Part shown: one piece after another, positions 15,921 to 31,850 of the stretch
Position numbering within the stretch: the first letter of the stretch is position 1
Layout of the letters: each line of letters starts with the position of its first letter
From: the human T2T-CHM13v2.0 reference genome, Homo sapiens
Strand: one strand, 5' to 3'
NCBI RefSeq assembly: GCF_009914755.1
Contig: NC_060930.1
DNA: 64,000 nucleotides
The notes under the pieces: model-generated
Told to the model about the DNA's origin: nothing
What the model saw: only the letters and a program-made list of their open reading frames with translations
Database searches by the model: none
Position numbers and translations under genes: made by a program

Positions 15921-16719
15921 TGGTTTTTAAGACATGAAATTTCAGAATGTTTGTTTTCAAGAAAGAAAGCCCAATTGCCTCAATGCTTTATTTGAGGACA
16001 GAGCCTGAGGCACAGGAGAATAGCACGGTGGGACATTACTGGCACCATTGCCAACACAGCTCACACGCAGCAACAGCACGTTTTGTTGGTTTTGCCAGCG
16101 TTGATGCTCAGATCCCTCTGTGGCCACCAATAGCCAGCACCTGTGTCAAAGGTGGCTGCCTCAATTAAGACACAAACCAAAAATTCTAATTATATAGTAG
16201 TTTCTGTAGTATCAGCCACGTGTACAATAGGTACTCAGGTGTCATTTGCTTTTTCTTCTACCACAAGAGTGGCCTTGGACTCGTGTGTCCGTTGGGTGAT
16301 GGTTGAGGTTGCTCTGAGCCAGTCCCCTCCCCTGGTCCACTCAGTGGAAGCTGTGTATGCCCACATGGCACTGTATGGACACCAGTTTGTGTTTTTTTAA
16401 CAAACATTGCTATTTTTAGATTTGCTTTCAGAATGCGACCTATGGGGCAGAGGACCCAGAAATATATAGCTTCTACCTCATTGCCTCGTTCTCAGGGATA
16501 TCCAAGCCTCACTGCCTTGAGAAATTAAGAGACAGTTCCAGCAGGTACTGTCTTACTTGATGACTATAAATTCTATAATCATTGCTAATAATAGAGTGTT
16601 TTGTTCAAGCCGCTTAAATTTGTTTATTTTTTCCTCTCGGCAAGCCTAACATCATCATCCTCAAAAGCATGGTTGCCTGTGAATTTCCTTTTGGATAGAT
16701 GTAACACTATTTAATTTCG

Positions 16720-17330
16720 CCCATCCATTCATCTATCCAAGCATCCAGCAAACATTTATCGAGTACCTATTATGTGCTGAGTACTCTTTTAGATGCTGGA
16801 GGGACAATGATTAATAAGATAATCTTTCTTTACAGAGTTCACATTCGGTGAGAGAGGAAAGTTGGACATTAAAACAGATAGTAATGTGGTGAGCTAAGTG
16901 CAGCTATAAAGTTATGTACAACTTATCAGGAGAACCGTTATCTAAGGCATCCAGTTCACAGAAGGGAGGAGGGAACACCATGTAGGCAAGGGGAATTTCA
17001 CTATTATTGCCATATATCCAAGGCCAAGAGTGGTGAGAGAATGGGCTGGAGATGTAACAAAGGTGCTCTGTGACAGAGTTTGAACTTCAGTTTGCTGGTG
17101 AGGTGTGGGGAAGTCTATGAACGGGATTCGAACAGTTGAGTGGCATGATTATATTTGTGTTCTAGAAGAATCCCTCTGGTGGCTCTGTGCAATGTGGTTT
17201 TCGGGGAGTGAGGACTGGAGACAGAGTAGATAAGTGAGAATGCTGAGGGGCCTAATGATTCGTTCATGCATTTCATTTAGTAAACATTTATTGAGCACTT
17301 ACTATGGACCATGCCCTGTTATAGTCATTT
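16720..17330 (-). mobile_element. L2 3' fragments
   Basis: cattcatc..aaacatttatcgagtacctattatgtgc and aaacatttattgagcacttactatg motifs. Confidence 0.7.
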
Positions 17331-18028
17331 GGAATTTATTTTCACATAGATAAACAGAAGAGATAAATAGTAGTAGCTTTTTTGGGATAAATAGATACCA
17401 AATAAATCACAGTGTTCGCTTTGATCATGACAAACTTTTGAATACATGTTTTCTAGAGTTATATATTGATTTGGTGGTATTTTTATTTTGGATTTGGATC
17501 AGTCAGCACTAACATAAAAAATGGCCTCTTTCATGGTGCAAATTAGTAAGGCTTCACTTTCAGCTCTTGAATTTTTCCAAGACTCATTATTCCAGTCTGT
17601 AGATTATTCTGAGCCTTAGACTCTCATTTTCTGCTCATTAGCACCTCAAAGAATGGAGAGGAAGGAAGAGAGAGAAACTTCAGTCTGACTTGCTACTTGT
17701 TAGAAGATTTGGTAAAGAAGGTGATGAAATTAATATTTAGTTTTCAAAATCAGGTTACAGATTGTTTTTGGGCTTGTTCTTGCCTGCAGTTCTTGCTTTC
17801 TCTCAACCATAGCTAACTTGCTGTCTGGATACATCCGAGTGTATTTGCCTCATGCACAATGAAGGGTAGGATTAACCTTGGAAATTTGGTGTGGGCAAAT
17901 AGCCCAAGAATTAATACATTTAATAATACATTTAATTATTTTACCAATCACACTGGTTATTTGCAGTGTCAAAGCAGTTACCTTGGTATGATATAAGGAC
18001 ATGGAATTAATTTTGTTGTTTATAATCT

Positions 18029-18324
<296 letters not shown>

Positions 18325-18597
18325 TTGTTGTTTGTAATCTGATATCTTGCTACTTGAACTTTGTTAGTATGGTTTAGGAGTAGGAACTTTAAAATGAAAA
18401 CGAACACCGCCCAGGACGTTGAAGAAATAACTGTACCCACTTCATAGGGTTGTCAGGAGGGTTAAATGAGTTAATATAAGCAAAGACTAAGGTCCAGCAC
18501 ATAGTAAATGTCATATAAACACTGGTCATTTTTATTGATTTTACTTTGAAAGTCAATTAGAATTTGCATGAAAGTAACAAGCAATAGGTGAAAATCA

Positions 18598-18915
<318 letters not shown>

Positions 18916-20094
18916 TCACAACAGACTAGATAACACTCTATGATGTCACCTTTTACTTCACTAAGAACACATTTAATGTACAGACTATATGCATTTTTAA
19001 ATGCTCTGGTTCAAGGAAAGTTAAAAGTGTTTATAGTTATAGGTCTACATTTGAGAAATACTTGTTATGAACTGAGGAACAGGCAAATCCAGCATTTGGG
19101 CCACAACTTTTCTTTGATAGTTCCCCAGATAATAGGCTGAAGAGCATATGCAGAGATATAAAAGTCAATGAATAAGTGAATAGCTGAATCTGTTGAACAC
19201 TATGCTCACAGTTTCTAGTTCAAGACAAATGAAACATTAACATAAGTTGTTCTGAATTTTCTAAGTGAAGAATTCTACCCTTCTTTAAGTTAAAAGATTT
19301 ATAACCTTTTCAATAGCAGTATATATTCTGCAATTCAGCAGCTTTTCTTTCTGTGATTTTGAAGACCATCTTTTGAAGATGCAGAATTTAGAATTCCTAC
19401 TTGGGGGCATTTCTTCAATTCAGTGAGCCATTCATGAGATTCAACCAATGGAAACATTAAACACAATGAGTGTGAGGAACTGAAAGTGCTTTGTTTTTTG
19501 GTTGCAGTGACTTCTAATTGAAGCAAACCAGCTATACATGTGGATGGTCATGACTTTATAATTACAATTAAAATATTTTCAGTAGAAGACTGAGGCCTCA
19601 GGGAAAGCATCGTATGAAATAGAGAATAATCACCAGATGCAACTATGGGCCCCTTTTCCGAGTGGGTAATGATTTCTTTGCCTCTAGCTGTGAGTTGGCA
19701 AATGGACTCTGTCATTTTGGGTATCTGTTGGAAGAAAGAAAAGGAAGGAACAGAACGATGAGAGAAACAGTTCATAAGAAAAAAAGAGAAAAAGATCTTG
19801 AGCAGATAGGCAAGTAGAAGTAAAAATCCTCACTGTTTGAGGCCTCCAGACCTTGTTGAACCATGTTACTATTGTAGCATTACACCTGCAATGTGTCTGC
19901 AGGTGTTCTGGATGTTTTGAAACTCATTTGATGTAGAAGCGTTTCTTGATGTCAAGTTATGTTGGATTTGGCATCATTATTCTCTCTACAACAGTAGAGT
20001 AAAGGCTGGAGAGTATTGAAAGGCTAATTTTTTTTGGTGATGTCTGCCTTAGTTAAAATAGCTACTATTAGGTGATAGAAATGAAGGTATTTAG

Positions 20095-20445
<351 letters not shown>

Positions 20446-20764
20446 TTTTTTTATTTTATTTTATTTTAAGAGACAGGGTGTTGCTCTGTCATCTAGGCTG
20501 GAGTGCAATGGCATGATCATAGCTCACTGCAGCCTGCAACTCCTGGGCTCAAACAATCCTTTCACCCCAGCCTCTCAAAGTGTAGCAGCTGGGACTATAG
20601 GCACAGACCACCACACCCAGCACATTTTTACAATTTTTTTGTAACAAAAAAGGGAGGCTTCTTTTTGTTGCCCAGGCTGGTCTTGAATTCATGGCCTCAA
20701 GCGATCTTCCTGTGTCGGCCTCCAAAAGTGCTGAGATTACAGACATGAGCCACCACACCTGGCC
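20446..20764 (-). mobile_element. AluJ
   Basis: gatcatagctcactgcagcc..ctcctgggctcaa J-type diagnostics. Confidence 0.9.
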
Positions 20765-21130
20765 TCTACTTAACAGGCACTACCAAGAAAGTAGGAATGA
20801 CTGCCCTAAGGGGAATTAGCTTTTACTCCTTACTGATGGGGATTTCCTGCCTCCACTACTAGAGAAACCCACATTTCCATGTTTTACGTTCAGTACTCAC
20901 CAAACATTTCCAAGTGCCTGGCACTGTGCTTGTCTCATCCACAGATGCTCTGCCAGTAGAAAATGGAATGGTTTTAATTGAGAAGACATGAGGAGGACTT
21001 CTATTTCTTAATTGGAGTCTATAAGCAAACTTCAAAAGAATCTTTCAGCTTCTCATTGGTTTAAAAATTATGACACTGTCTATTATATGTTTTGCATAAC
21101 TTTAAATCTTCTTTTAGTCATATTGTATTG

Positions 21131-21255
21131 TTTTCTTTTTTGAGATTTGGGGGGGTCTTGCTGTGTTGCCCAGGCTGCCCTTGAACTCCTGGACTCAAGC
21201 TATCCTCCTGCCTCAGCCTCCCAAGAAGCTGGGGATACAGGCATGTGGCATAGTC
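21131..21255 (-). mobile_element. FLAM Alu monomer
   Basis: gtcttgctgtgttgcccaggctg..ctcctgcctcagcctccca single arm. Confidence 0.8.
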
Positions 21256-22049
21256 AAATTGTTTTGCAAAAGTGTTAGCTGCTTGAGATTTTAGGCAGAT
21301 TGGAAGGTGTCGATCACTTCTTTTCTCCAAAGTGTAAAATGGAATAATTGCTGGAATTGGATGTCAGTTTGTTTTTATTCTAGACACTATGAAACATGAC
21401 TAATGATGCCAGGAATACTTGAGTCAGCATGTGAAAAGGAAAAAGCAATGAGTTGTTTCTGCCCAGTGATCAGAGCCAATTAAGCAGGGTAAGGCAAGCT
21501 AATGTTGGTGTGGGCCGCAGCAATGAAGATTTTGTCTGTCTTGTTCTGTATGTGTAGGACTCATGATAATTACAAGAGGGCATGCAATATCAGCAGAATA
21601 CAGTTTAGGAATGAAGAATCAGGAGACACTGAGTTTCCTGCCTAGGAAAATTTTCTGTGTGAGACTAGCCACTGGTGTTGAACTATGTGCTAGGAAGCAT
21701 TTTACTCTATTGTTATACATTATGAACTAATCATCTGTTTAAGATTTTTCTGGTGGCAATTGCCTAGTTTAAAAAAACAAACAGATTTTAAAACATTGCA
21801 AAAGTGAAGTATTGCAAAAATAATAATGCTTTCCTAGATGCACCATGAACTTCTTCCTGAAATTAGTTGTGATTAGGCAGCTCACTGCCCTTTCACATGT
21901 GCTATTTTGAGATCTCATTATTTGGTGCTATAATGATTGATTTTGCTAATATATGTTAGTAAATTTGTTGCCAAGTTTCTCTTAAGCCTCTGGAATATGG
22001 CTATTATTGACATTACCTGGTAATTTTTTAAAAATAATTTTTTCTAGAC

Positions 22050-22429
<380 letters not shown>

Positions 22430-22468
22430 TAGGCAACTCTTTAAAAAGTCACACTTTTTGGCTTTTAA

Positions 22469-22778
<310 letters not shown>

Positions 22779-23334
22779 ACTTTGTGGCTTTTAATATTTG
22801 TGTGTTTTCAAGCTTGTGAAAAAACTTTAAAGTTGGTTGCGTGATTTGATTTGAAAGCTAAAATAAACCGAATGGTTTCCTTCATAAGAGATAGTTAACT
22901 AATTTAAAGATAGCTATTTGTACTCTACAAGAAATAGTATTTTTCAATAATGTTCACTAATTATTCACAGATATTTCACTAATAATCCACTAATGTCATT
23001 ATAATAGGGTAGCTGGCTGGGTGGGGGTCATTTCCATAGGACATTTTTCTATACATGTCATCTTTCCAGGGAACGTTGATAATTACACTGCTATACTTGG
23101 ATGTTGATCCCAACCTGGACAGTCTTAAGGATAAAAGGGCACTGGGCTGTCTATCCTAGGATATGGTGGTGATAATGAATGGGCTAGACAATAGCTGACA
23201 GGAGCCCTAAGGACCTTCTGAGATAGAGCCTCAGATTTTTTATCTTTTCCTTCTGTCACAGTTGTCTAGATGGTATCGAGATCTTGCAGAAGATGATGGG
23301 TTGAGGTTGGTCTGGAATTTGACTTTCTTCTTCA

Positions 23335-23545
23335 GGGGCCTTGTCAGCAGTAGTTACTGTTCAATGTGATAGCCACTAGCCACATGTGGCTGTTTGAATT
23401 TAATAAATTAATGACAGTGAGATATAATTAAAACAATATTTAAATTACAGATTCCTTAGTTGCACTAACCATATTGCCAGGGCTCAAAAAAACTGCATAT
23501 GGCTAGTGGTGAACATAGCAATACAAGTTCTGCTGGACACTGACA
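23335..23545. mobile_element. MER3/MER33-like hAT MITE
   Basis: gatagccactagccacatgtggct..catatggctagtgg..agttctgctggaca. Confidence 0.75.
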
Positions 23546-23804
23546 TCTGTAGAGGCATGGTGGATTGTCCAAGGTCACATGGCTAGTCAGTGCAAACCAA
23601 GTGTTTGGACTAGTTTAGCAGTTATTCTTTTATGTCACGCAGGCTTTCAGTTTTGGGTATTACAACTTGAACTAAAAAATTGTCCCTGGCATGCCACATT
23701 CTTCTTCCAAACTGTGAGAAACTCAATGACAGAGTTAGAAATTAGTTATTACTACATAATTTTAGTTTTACAAATATCTGCAATTCATCTTAGGCTGTTT
23801 TTTT

Positions 23805-23829
23805 GTGTGTATGCATGTGTGTGTATATG

Positions 23830-23870
<41 letters not shown>
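23805..23870. repeat. (TG)n microsatellite
   Basis: About 19 perfect TG units plus an imperfect flank. Confidence 0.95.
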
Positions 23871-23872
<2 letters not shown>

Positions 23873-23959
23873 CACATGTGGTATGGTAAGAGTTTGCCAC
23901 CTGTGCCATACATACATTGCTAACCTGGTATATATGATACACAAACCGTAGATATATAT

Positions 23960-24370
23960 GGGATCTAGAATTGCAGGTTATTGCAGTTGGACAGGACTTT
24001 TGAAGGTATCTAGCTTAACCTTGTATGTATGTATAATACTCCTGACAAAGTTTTTGATAGTGAGAGACCTGCCTTATAAAAGAGTTCACTTCTTTCCACA
24101 ACTTCAAATTGATCTTGGAATTTTCTTTATATCAAGCAAAAATGTTTCTTCCTATAATTTCTATACATTGTTCCCAGTTGGCTCAGAGGAAAACATTTAT
24201 TCCCTCTGACATATGCAGCCTTGCCAATATTTGAAGTCTGTTTTCCTGTCATTCTTATGTCTTTTCTCCTATAGGATAAGCAGACCTACTTCCTTCAGCT
24301 TTTCCTTATGTGACATGTTTGCAAACTGCTCAGCACCCTGCTTGCTTCTTCCTGGACTGACTCCAGGGGA
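23960..24370 (-). mobile_element. L3/CR1 relic
   Basis: ttccttcagcttttccttatgtgacatg..caccctgcttgcttcttcctggac resembles the CR1 3' region. Confidence 0.6.
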
Positions 24371-24837
24371 TGGCTCAGATCTGTGTAACTGAACATTTCG
24401 CCTTTCATGTGAATGGATGTCATGCTAGATACATTTGGAAAATCTGAATAAGTCTTTCTTGAGGCAAAAAATGGCTACCAGTATCCACGTGTAGGAAATA
24501 TATTGATTTAGTTTTCTTTGGTAAGAGGAAATGTAGTTGTCTGTAATAAATGTGTTATTTTTATAATCAGAAACTATTATGCCATTTTAATAAAATTTAA
24601 TTAAAAGCAATACCCCTCTTTATAATTACTGGATTGGGTAGAGTTTAGGTCTAGTGGATGGGAAAAAAAAAACAACAGTGTTCCTGATCTTCCTCCCTCC
24701 TTTTTTCCCTCCCTTCATTCCATCCATTGAGTAATCTTTGTGTGCCTGTTATATGTTACTAACTATGGCACTAGGGTCACAGTGTTGAAGAAGAGAGTGG
24801 TTTCTTTCATGGTGAGAGGCATGAAATGAGTGATTTA

Positions 24838-25359
<522 letters not shown>

Positions 25360-25362
25360 TTA

Positions 25363-25645
25363 GGTAGGGCATGGTGGCTCATGCCTGTACTCCCAGCATT
25401 TTGGGAGGCTGAGGCGGGATGATCACTTGAAGCCAGGAGTTTGAGACCATTTTTGGCAACATAACAAGACCTGCTCTACAATTTTTTTTTTTTTTTAATT
25501 AGCTGTAGTCCTAGCTACTTGAGAGGCTGAGGCAGGAGGATCGCTTGAACCCAGGAGTTGGAGGCTGCAGTGAGCTCTGATTGCACCACACACTCTAGCC
25601 TGGGCAACAGAGTGAAACCCCATCTCTTAAAGAAAAAAGAAAAGA
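25363..25645 (+). mobile_element. AluJ with T-rich linker
   Basis: J-type arms. The linker is replaced by T15 at 25482-96. Confidence 0.88.
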
Positions 25646-26019
25646 AAGATCATGATTGTTGTTGCTATTGTTATTGATGAATAATACGTTCTTGGGGAGG
25701 TAGTGTGGCTGATCTTCCACGCTAAGTTCCCTTTTCTTTTTCACCTATTTCTGCCTTATGTGATTCTTTTGCCATTTTCTTATGAAATTTTTCTAACATA
25801 CAGATAAGTTGAAAGAGTGTTAAGTGAGCACCCACATACCACCACTTAGTTTCTACCATTTACATTTTACTTGCTTTATCACATATCTCTCCATCCCTCT
25901 GTCATTAGCCAGTGTTTACAAACTTGTATTTACAGAGAAAGATGCATGATAGTTATTTTCCCTGGGAAATGGAGCCCTTCCCGCTATGATTTTGTTCATC
26001 TTCTTGGCAGTGATAGTGA

Positions 26020-26210
26020 TGGTTATGATGACACAGTAGCCAGCACAAAGCAGCACACTATTAACTCATTCAGTCTTCTAACAACGCTAGAAGACAAGTG
26101 CTAAAGTGCTAAAATTAATTTCTGTTTTACAGAAGAGGAAACTGAGACACAGAGAGGTTAAATCATCTACCCAATATTACACAGTTCCTGAGGGGCTAAG
26201 TCAGAAATCT
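26020..26210 (-). mobile_element. MIR
   Basis: ttttacagaagaggaaactgagacacagagaggttaaat core. Confidence 0.8.
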
Positions 26211-26899
26211 GGTAAACACTTGAGTAAGCCTTGTTTGTTTGCTTGCTTTTAATCTGTAAAATCAGTGAAAAAAGAAGTAAGACACCATTTAGGAATAGGA
26301 AAAATAACTACTGCAGCTCTTTGTGATTCAGGTTGGTTTAATGACTACTGTGTGGCAATTGTACCAAGTGTTGGGTTTGTGCAAGTGGTTAAGTCAGGGT
26401 CTCTCCTCTCAAGCCAGTCTAATGGACAGAGCCACTATGAGTTGTTGGATTGATGTTTTAATATAAATAACCGTACTGAAATTGTTAGAAATCAAGGGTT
26501 TCAGTAAAGGAGAGTTACCTAATTGTACTTAAAAGAAACATTTATACATTAACAGTTACTATTTTGGGGTTTCTGTGAGAAGATTAATTATTCCAGCAAA
26601 TGAGTACTACCTATTTGGAAATGTCTTACTGTTTATAAGTAAATATGTTACTTATTTCCTTTTGCCTTAGCAGAGAAAAATAATTTGGGGAGAAATACAC
26701 CCAGGAAACCTTAAAATATATTCCGATTAATGGTAACTCTTAGACTATTTATGGTAAGGTGTATCTAATTACATTTCACAAGGCACTTTAAAAAATATTG
26801 TCCCTTCAAGTTTTTTCCCTTTATTTCTCTCCATGATTTTGTCTAAATTTACCAGCAAGTCACAAAAAAATGAAAATTAAAACCCTACTGGGGACTAGG

Positions 26900-27320
26900 A
26901 GCTCGCTGAATTGGCTTACATCATTGTAAGCATGGACATATTTCTGTGCGTTGCTGTCCCCAAGCCCATGCGCTGTTAAGAATATGCATTGTCGGGACGG
27001 CGGTGCAAGGAGAAACATCCTGGAGAGGACGTACAGGATACAGAAACAAGTGACTGCTGTGACATCATTAGTCAACATTGGTTGAGTGACAGAGTAAATA
27101 AGGCATCTTCTGTTATAAATGATTGACACCGCTGAAAATTTAGAAACATCTTGCTCCAATAGCAGCATTATCTTCTTTGGACTATGCAAATCTTTTCAAA
27201 TTAAAAATTCAAGTTAAAAGAAACTATTTTTAATTGACCCTCATTGCGGCCATTCCTTGATCAATATCTCTGAATAAGATTGTTAACTGAACAATGCATC
27301 TTCTGGCAGAAATAGAGATA
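26900..27320. promoter_or_regulatory. Candidate intronic enhancer
   Basis: Repeat-free, 8 CpGs in about 230 bp, clustered CRE/AP-1-like, FOX, octamer and SOX motifs. Confidence 0.4.
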
Positions 27321-28066
27321 ATGACCGTTTTGTTTTCACTTATTTTTCTTGTTACAAAATTTAAAAGTAACATCAATTTTAAAAGTCTTTTTGTTATACA
27401 TAAGTTACATTTTGGGACCTTCTTTAATGATTGCTCATATAGTATTGCTCGCTTTTTGAATCAGTGATCTGCCTAAGCATTTGCAAGTCACTCTTAGCAT
27501 TCCTCAAAAGTTGCTGTTATAAATGATAATTTTACATAGAGGATGGAGGAAATGAGAAAATTGCGTTTGTCTTCCTATTGAGGTAAGACATAAGCAAGTG
27601 GAAAGGTGGTTTCCAGCCGGGGAATGAAGCCTGTTGTTCATGCTGTTGTGTGTTGACTTGTCCACTTGGATGGCTCCTAGGATCATGCGGGTCCTTGTGA
27701 CTTCCATATGTCACAGATCTTGCGTACAGTTTCTGTGCCTTGCCCTCCTCCCAGTCTTTTCTGCCCTGTGGTTATTTCTCTACTGCCACTGAAGGGTGGC
27801 ACTCAAGCTTTTCCTTATATGAGATTCATCCCCTTCAGGGTATGCGGATTCCCTGTGAAAAAGCTGAGCAGGTTTATTTTGACAGCACTACCTGGAGGGC
27901 TTGCCCCATTTCTTTTCAGGAAAATTTAAAATTATTCTGCTTTTTTTTTTTAAGACTGTCTACTTCATTTTATAAGCCACAACATTATAAATACATCTAA
28001 ATTTAATAGTAGAATTATAACATTGCTTTCAAAATTTCTCACTGGGTCACAGAATTACAGAGCTGA

Positions 28067-28436
<370 letters not shown>

Positions 28437-31400
28437 TAATCTTAAGGTAGTTTCACTAACTCATGGTAACTTTGTTTATTTTTTTGTATTAACAACCTTT
28501 GCTGTCAGTAGAAAAGTACACTTTTCTACTTCTAAAACTGCCACGGAATAATAATGGAGTCACAGCGTCCTTAGAGATGGGCATTTTTCACTCCATGCAG
28601 AGATGCGGAAATGGGCTCAGAGAGGACAAGGGGCTCACCCAACATTAAATGGCTATTTAATGGCAGAGTAGGGATGAGAACCTGTCTTCTGATTGCCGGT
28701 CCAGTGTCTTCTGTAACACATGGGGCCATTTATTTTAAGCCATCTAGTCCCCAGCTGATTAACAATTTTCATGTACAACCTAGCTCATGAGAGCGGCATC
28801 AAGGAGGAGGTTGTCATTCAGCAAACACTTATTGAGGGGGGATACCAAGATGAAGATCATGAGACACTGTCCTGCCCTCAGGGGGCTAAAACTCCAGAAA
28901 AGGTTTGCAGGCATATTTACAGCTAAGTGCTGCAAAGAATTAAGCATTCTTAAGGTTCTTTCTAGCTCAGTCATTTGAACTTCTTTTCCCCCAAAAAAAC
29001 CCTTTATTTCCCCAACTCCACAAAAGCAAGTCCTTCTTGGTTAAGCCCTCATACAAGCGGAAGTGCTGGTGTCTGCCAAGGGGGCCTTGCAGGCTGTTGG
29101 GCTAATTGTGGTCCAAATCCCCTTTCAAGAGGGCATCTTCAAGCAGGTGGTCAGAATAAAATTCTTGATGGTTTTGGTAAATGGCAGCAAGTAGAGCATG
29201 AGGGACAAGCAGTCAATAGGAATGGGGACATCTGGTGCATAGGGTGGGGCAGATAGGGAGTCTGAAGGGGTAGAGGGTAAGCAATGAAAGTTGTGGCCGT
29301 AGCTGCCAAACAAAGGGTGTTTTTACATGCACTTTTGCCACTGGTTATCTAAGGAATCTGCTATCACAGTGCCTGTGAAGAGGCCATTATTTGACACATG
29401 AGGGTTTTCAGTCAAGTGAATAGCATGGTATTCACTGGGCTGCTTAGAGAAATGCTATTATCTGGATAAAGGATGGTGGTGTCTGGATTAACTCTAGTAT
29501 AGTTTCTTCCTTGGGACATCATCTCTTTTCCACTAATGGACTCCTAGGTATTCCATCACTCAGCTTAATTTTCTCGGGGAATACATGAAACGTGAAATCT
29601 TAATTTTAGACACCTAAATTGGGCAAATAAGCTTTTTAACATATACATAGATTTAAAATACATTTAGGTTTATTTTCATTCAAATAGCACATGCTTTCTG
29701 TGTCTGTGTGTGCATGTGCATGCAGTGAGGGAAGATACTGACATCTTTTCTGGATTATCATTTAATATTGATGTTATTTAATGCAAATTTGGAGGATTTA
29801 AGAATATTAGAGGGGAAAAGATTACATTTTCTAAAGAATTAGAAAAGGAGCCATATCTCTGAATGTTGGGTTACTGCAAAAGAGGAACAACTGGGTAAAG
29901 AACTATTTAAAAATTAATGAACAAGGTAATTTTATATTTTTCTGGTATGGGTGGAATTTTTTACTTCCCATAGTAAGACCTAGTGATGTCATGACTAGGA
30001 CCTCTTCCACCAAGAGCTCTCAACTAGGGATAATTCATTTGTTTGTATTCAGAATTCACAACTATGATAAGCCTTTTTGATGACCAGTGGCAAAGGAACA
30101 TCATCAGTCATGAAAACTCACAAATAGAGAAATCAGCAAGTATATTAAAGTAATGGATATTTCTCTTGTCCCCCAAAGGTTTCACATACAGGTTTGTCAT
30201 GAGTGTCCTTAATTCTAGTTAATCTGTTTCTTGTGTAAAGTGCTTACGGTGATAAATCAATGTGGGTTTTAATTACCAACTAGCCTGTTAGTGGGTGGGA
30301 AGAAGTTTGTTTTCCAAAGCTTGGTGTTAGCAAGTCCTGTTTATGTGATAATCATATGCAGACGACACAGGCTAGCTATGTGCTGGCTATGGGAATAGAA
30401 GATTTAGATCAGACGACTATCTGCTTTATACCAGACACTGTGCTGTGTGAAGTGTGACATGAACAAGCCCTTCCAGAATCATGCAAATTATTGCTCCCCA
30501 TGCGAAGACTTTTATGAGTAAATAATGTAACCAAGGATATGAGCCCCCAGAGCTGGTCTGGGGTATTGATGAGAAGCATTAGCAAGGAGAGGCTCACCTC
30601 ATGGGGTGCTGCAGGGAATGTGGCTTTTGAAGCTGATAATTGAGGGTTCAAATTCTAACTCTTATCAATGTTGTTGGGACAAGTTAAATTGTTATAAACC
30701 TCTTTGAGTCTTGGTTTCCTTGTCTATAACAAGAGAATCATGGTACCTTCCTCATGGAGTTAAACGTGATAAGGTAAGTGCCTTGCCACTTCTGGTTTAC
30801 AGCAGTTTTCAAAAACACCCCCCTTTTCTTCCCCGCTCACAGATGGTTCAAAAAAGGAAGAGCTATTATGAACTAGTGTGTGGAGAGAAGGCCTCTGGAA
30901 GGATACTTTTTGATACTTATGTAAGCGATCCAGGATGCACAGCCTTTTGTGGCTAGAAAAAGGCCTTAGGCCCCTGGTTTTGCAGGTGTAATACAGATGG
31001 TAGGGGCTGCACGGCTACTATGACAGTCGTTCCAAGTGTTTCTGCTCAGGATTCTGGACTTGCCATTGTCTGGCTCTGCCAGAATGTGGTTGTCTACCTG
31101 CCCAGGTGAGGATGCAACCCTTGCATTAGAGAAGACCCTCAACAGCCATGGTCTCTTTGACTGGGGAAGCTAATAGGAGACCCGAATGTTCTAAGTGTAT
31201 CGTGGATGGTTTATGTTTGGTGACTGGATATGAGGCAGATTTCAGGGAATGGTTGCAAATTGGTCAAATCTGGCAAAAATGTCAGAGGCATTGAAACCAC
31301 ATATCAAACTAAGCCTTAAGGCATTCAGAAAATATAACAGGCTGACTTCTAAGAAGTGAAAAATATAAGTTTTGTTTAACTTATTTAACTAAAAAATGAT

Positions 31401-31599
31401 GCTAATGAATGTGGAGGGGTGATTTGGATAGAACCTGTTCTGTGTGGGGCCTTCATGTAATCCCTAGAGAACGTGTAAATCAAATTATGCCTGGAGGAAA
31501 TTTTATTTCCAATTTCAGTTGCTTTACTGATATGTTAAGGGAATTAAAAAATATTTAGCTCGGCCTTTCAGAGAGCTGTTATTACTGGTTGAACTATGA

Positions 31600-31850
31600 C
31601 TGTTATTTTAATTCTCATTAGATAACTAGTATCTTTTGAGCTGTTGTTAGCTAGGCTGTGTGCTAAAAAGTTTTATATACATCCTCTTATTTAATCTTCA
31701 CGACACTTATAGGAGGTAGATACTACATTATGTGTTTTTACAGCCAAGGGTGAGGTGTAGGGGATCTGATAATTCGCTCCAAATCACACAGCTAGTAAAT
31801 GGTGGAGCTGGTCCAGGCGTGTCTGTCTTGAGAAGCGCTGTACCATTCAC
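31600..31850 (-). mobile_element. MIR
   Basis: cttatttaatcttcacgacac..cacacagctagtaaatggtggagctgg. Confidence 0.7.

Noticed and set aside
20838-20847. Perfect NF-kB site GGGGATTTCC
   Set aside because: A single 10-mer with no supporting context, which could occur by chance in 64 kb.
27544-27588. Good-Kozak ATG before a strong donor, as an alternative coding first exon
   Set aside because: The frame ends in TGA just before the donor (MEEMRKLRLSSY*).
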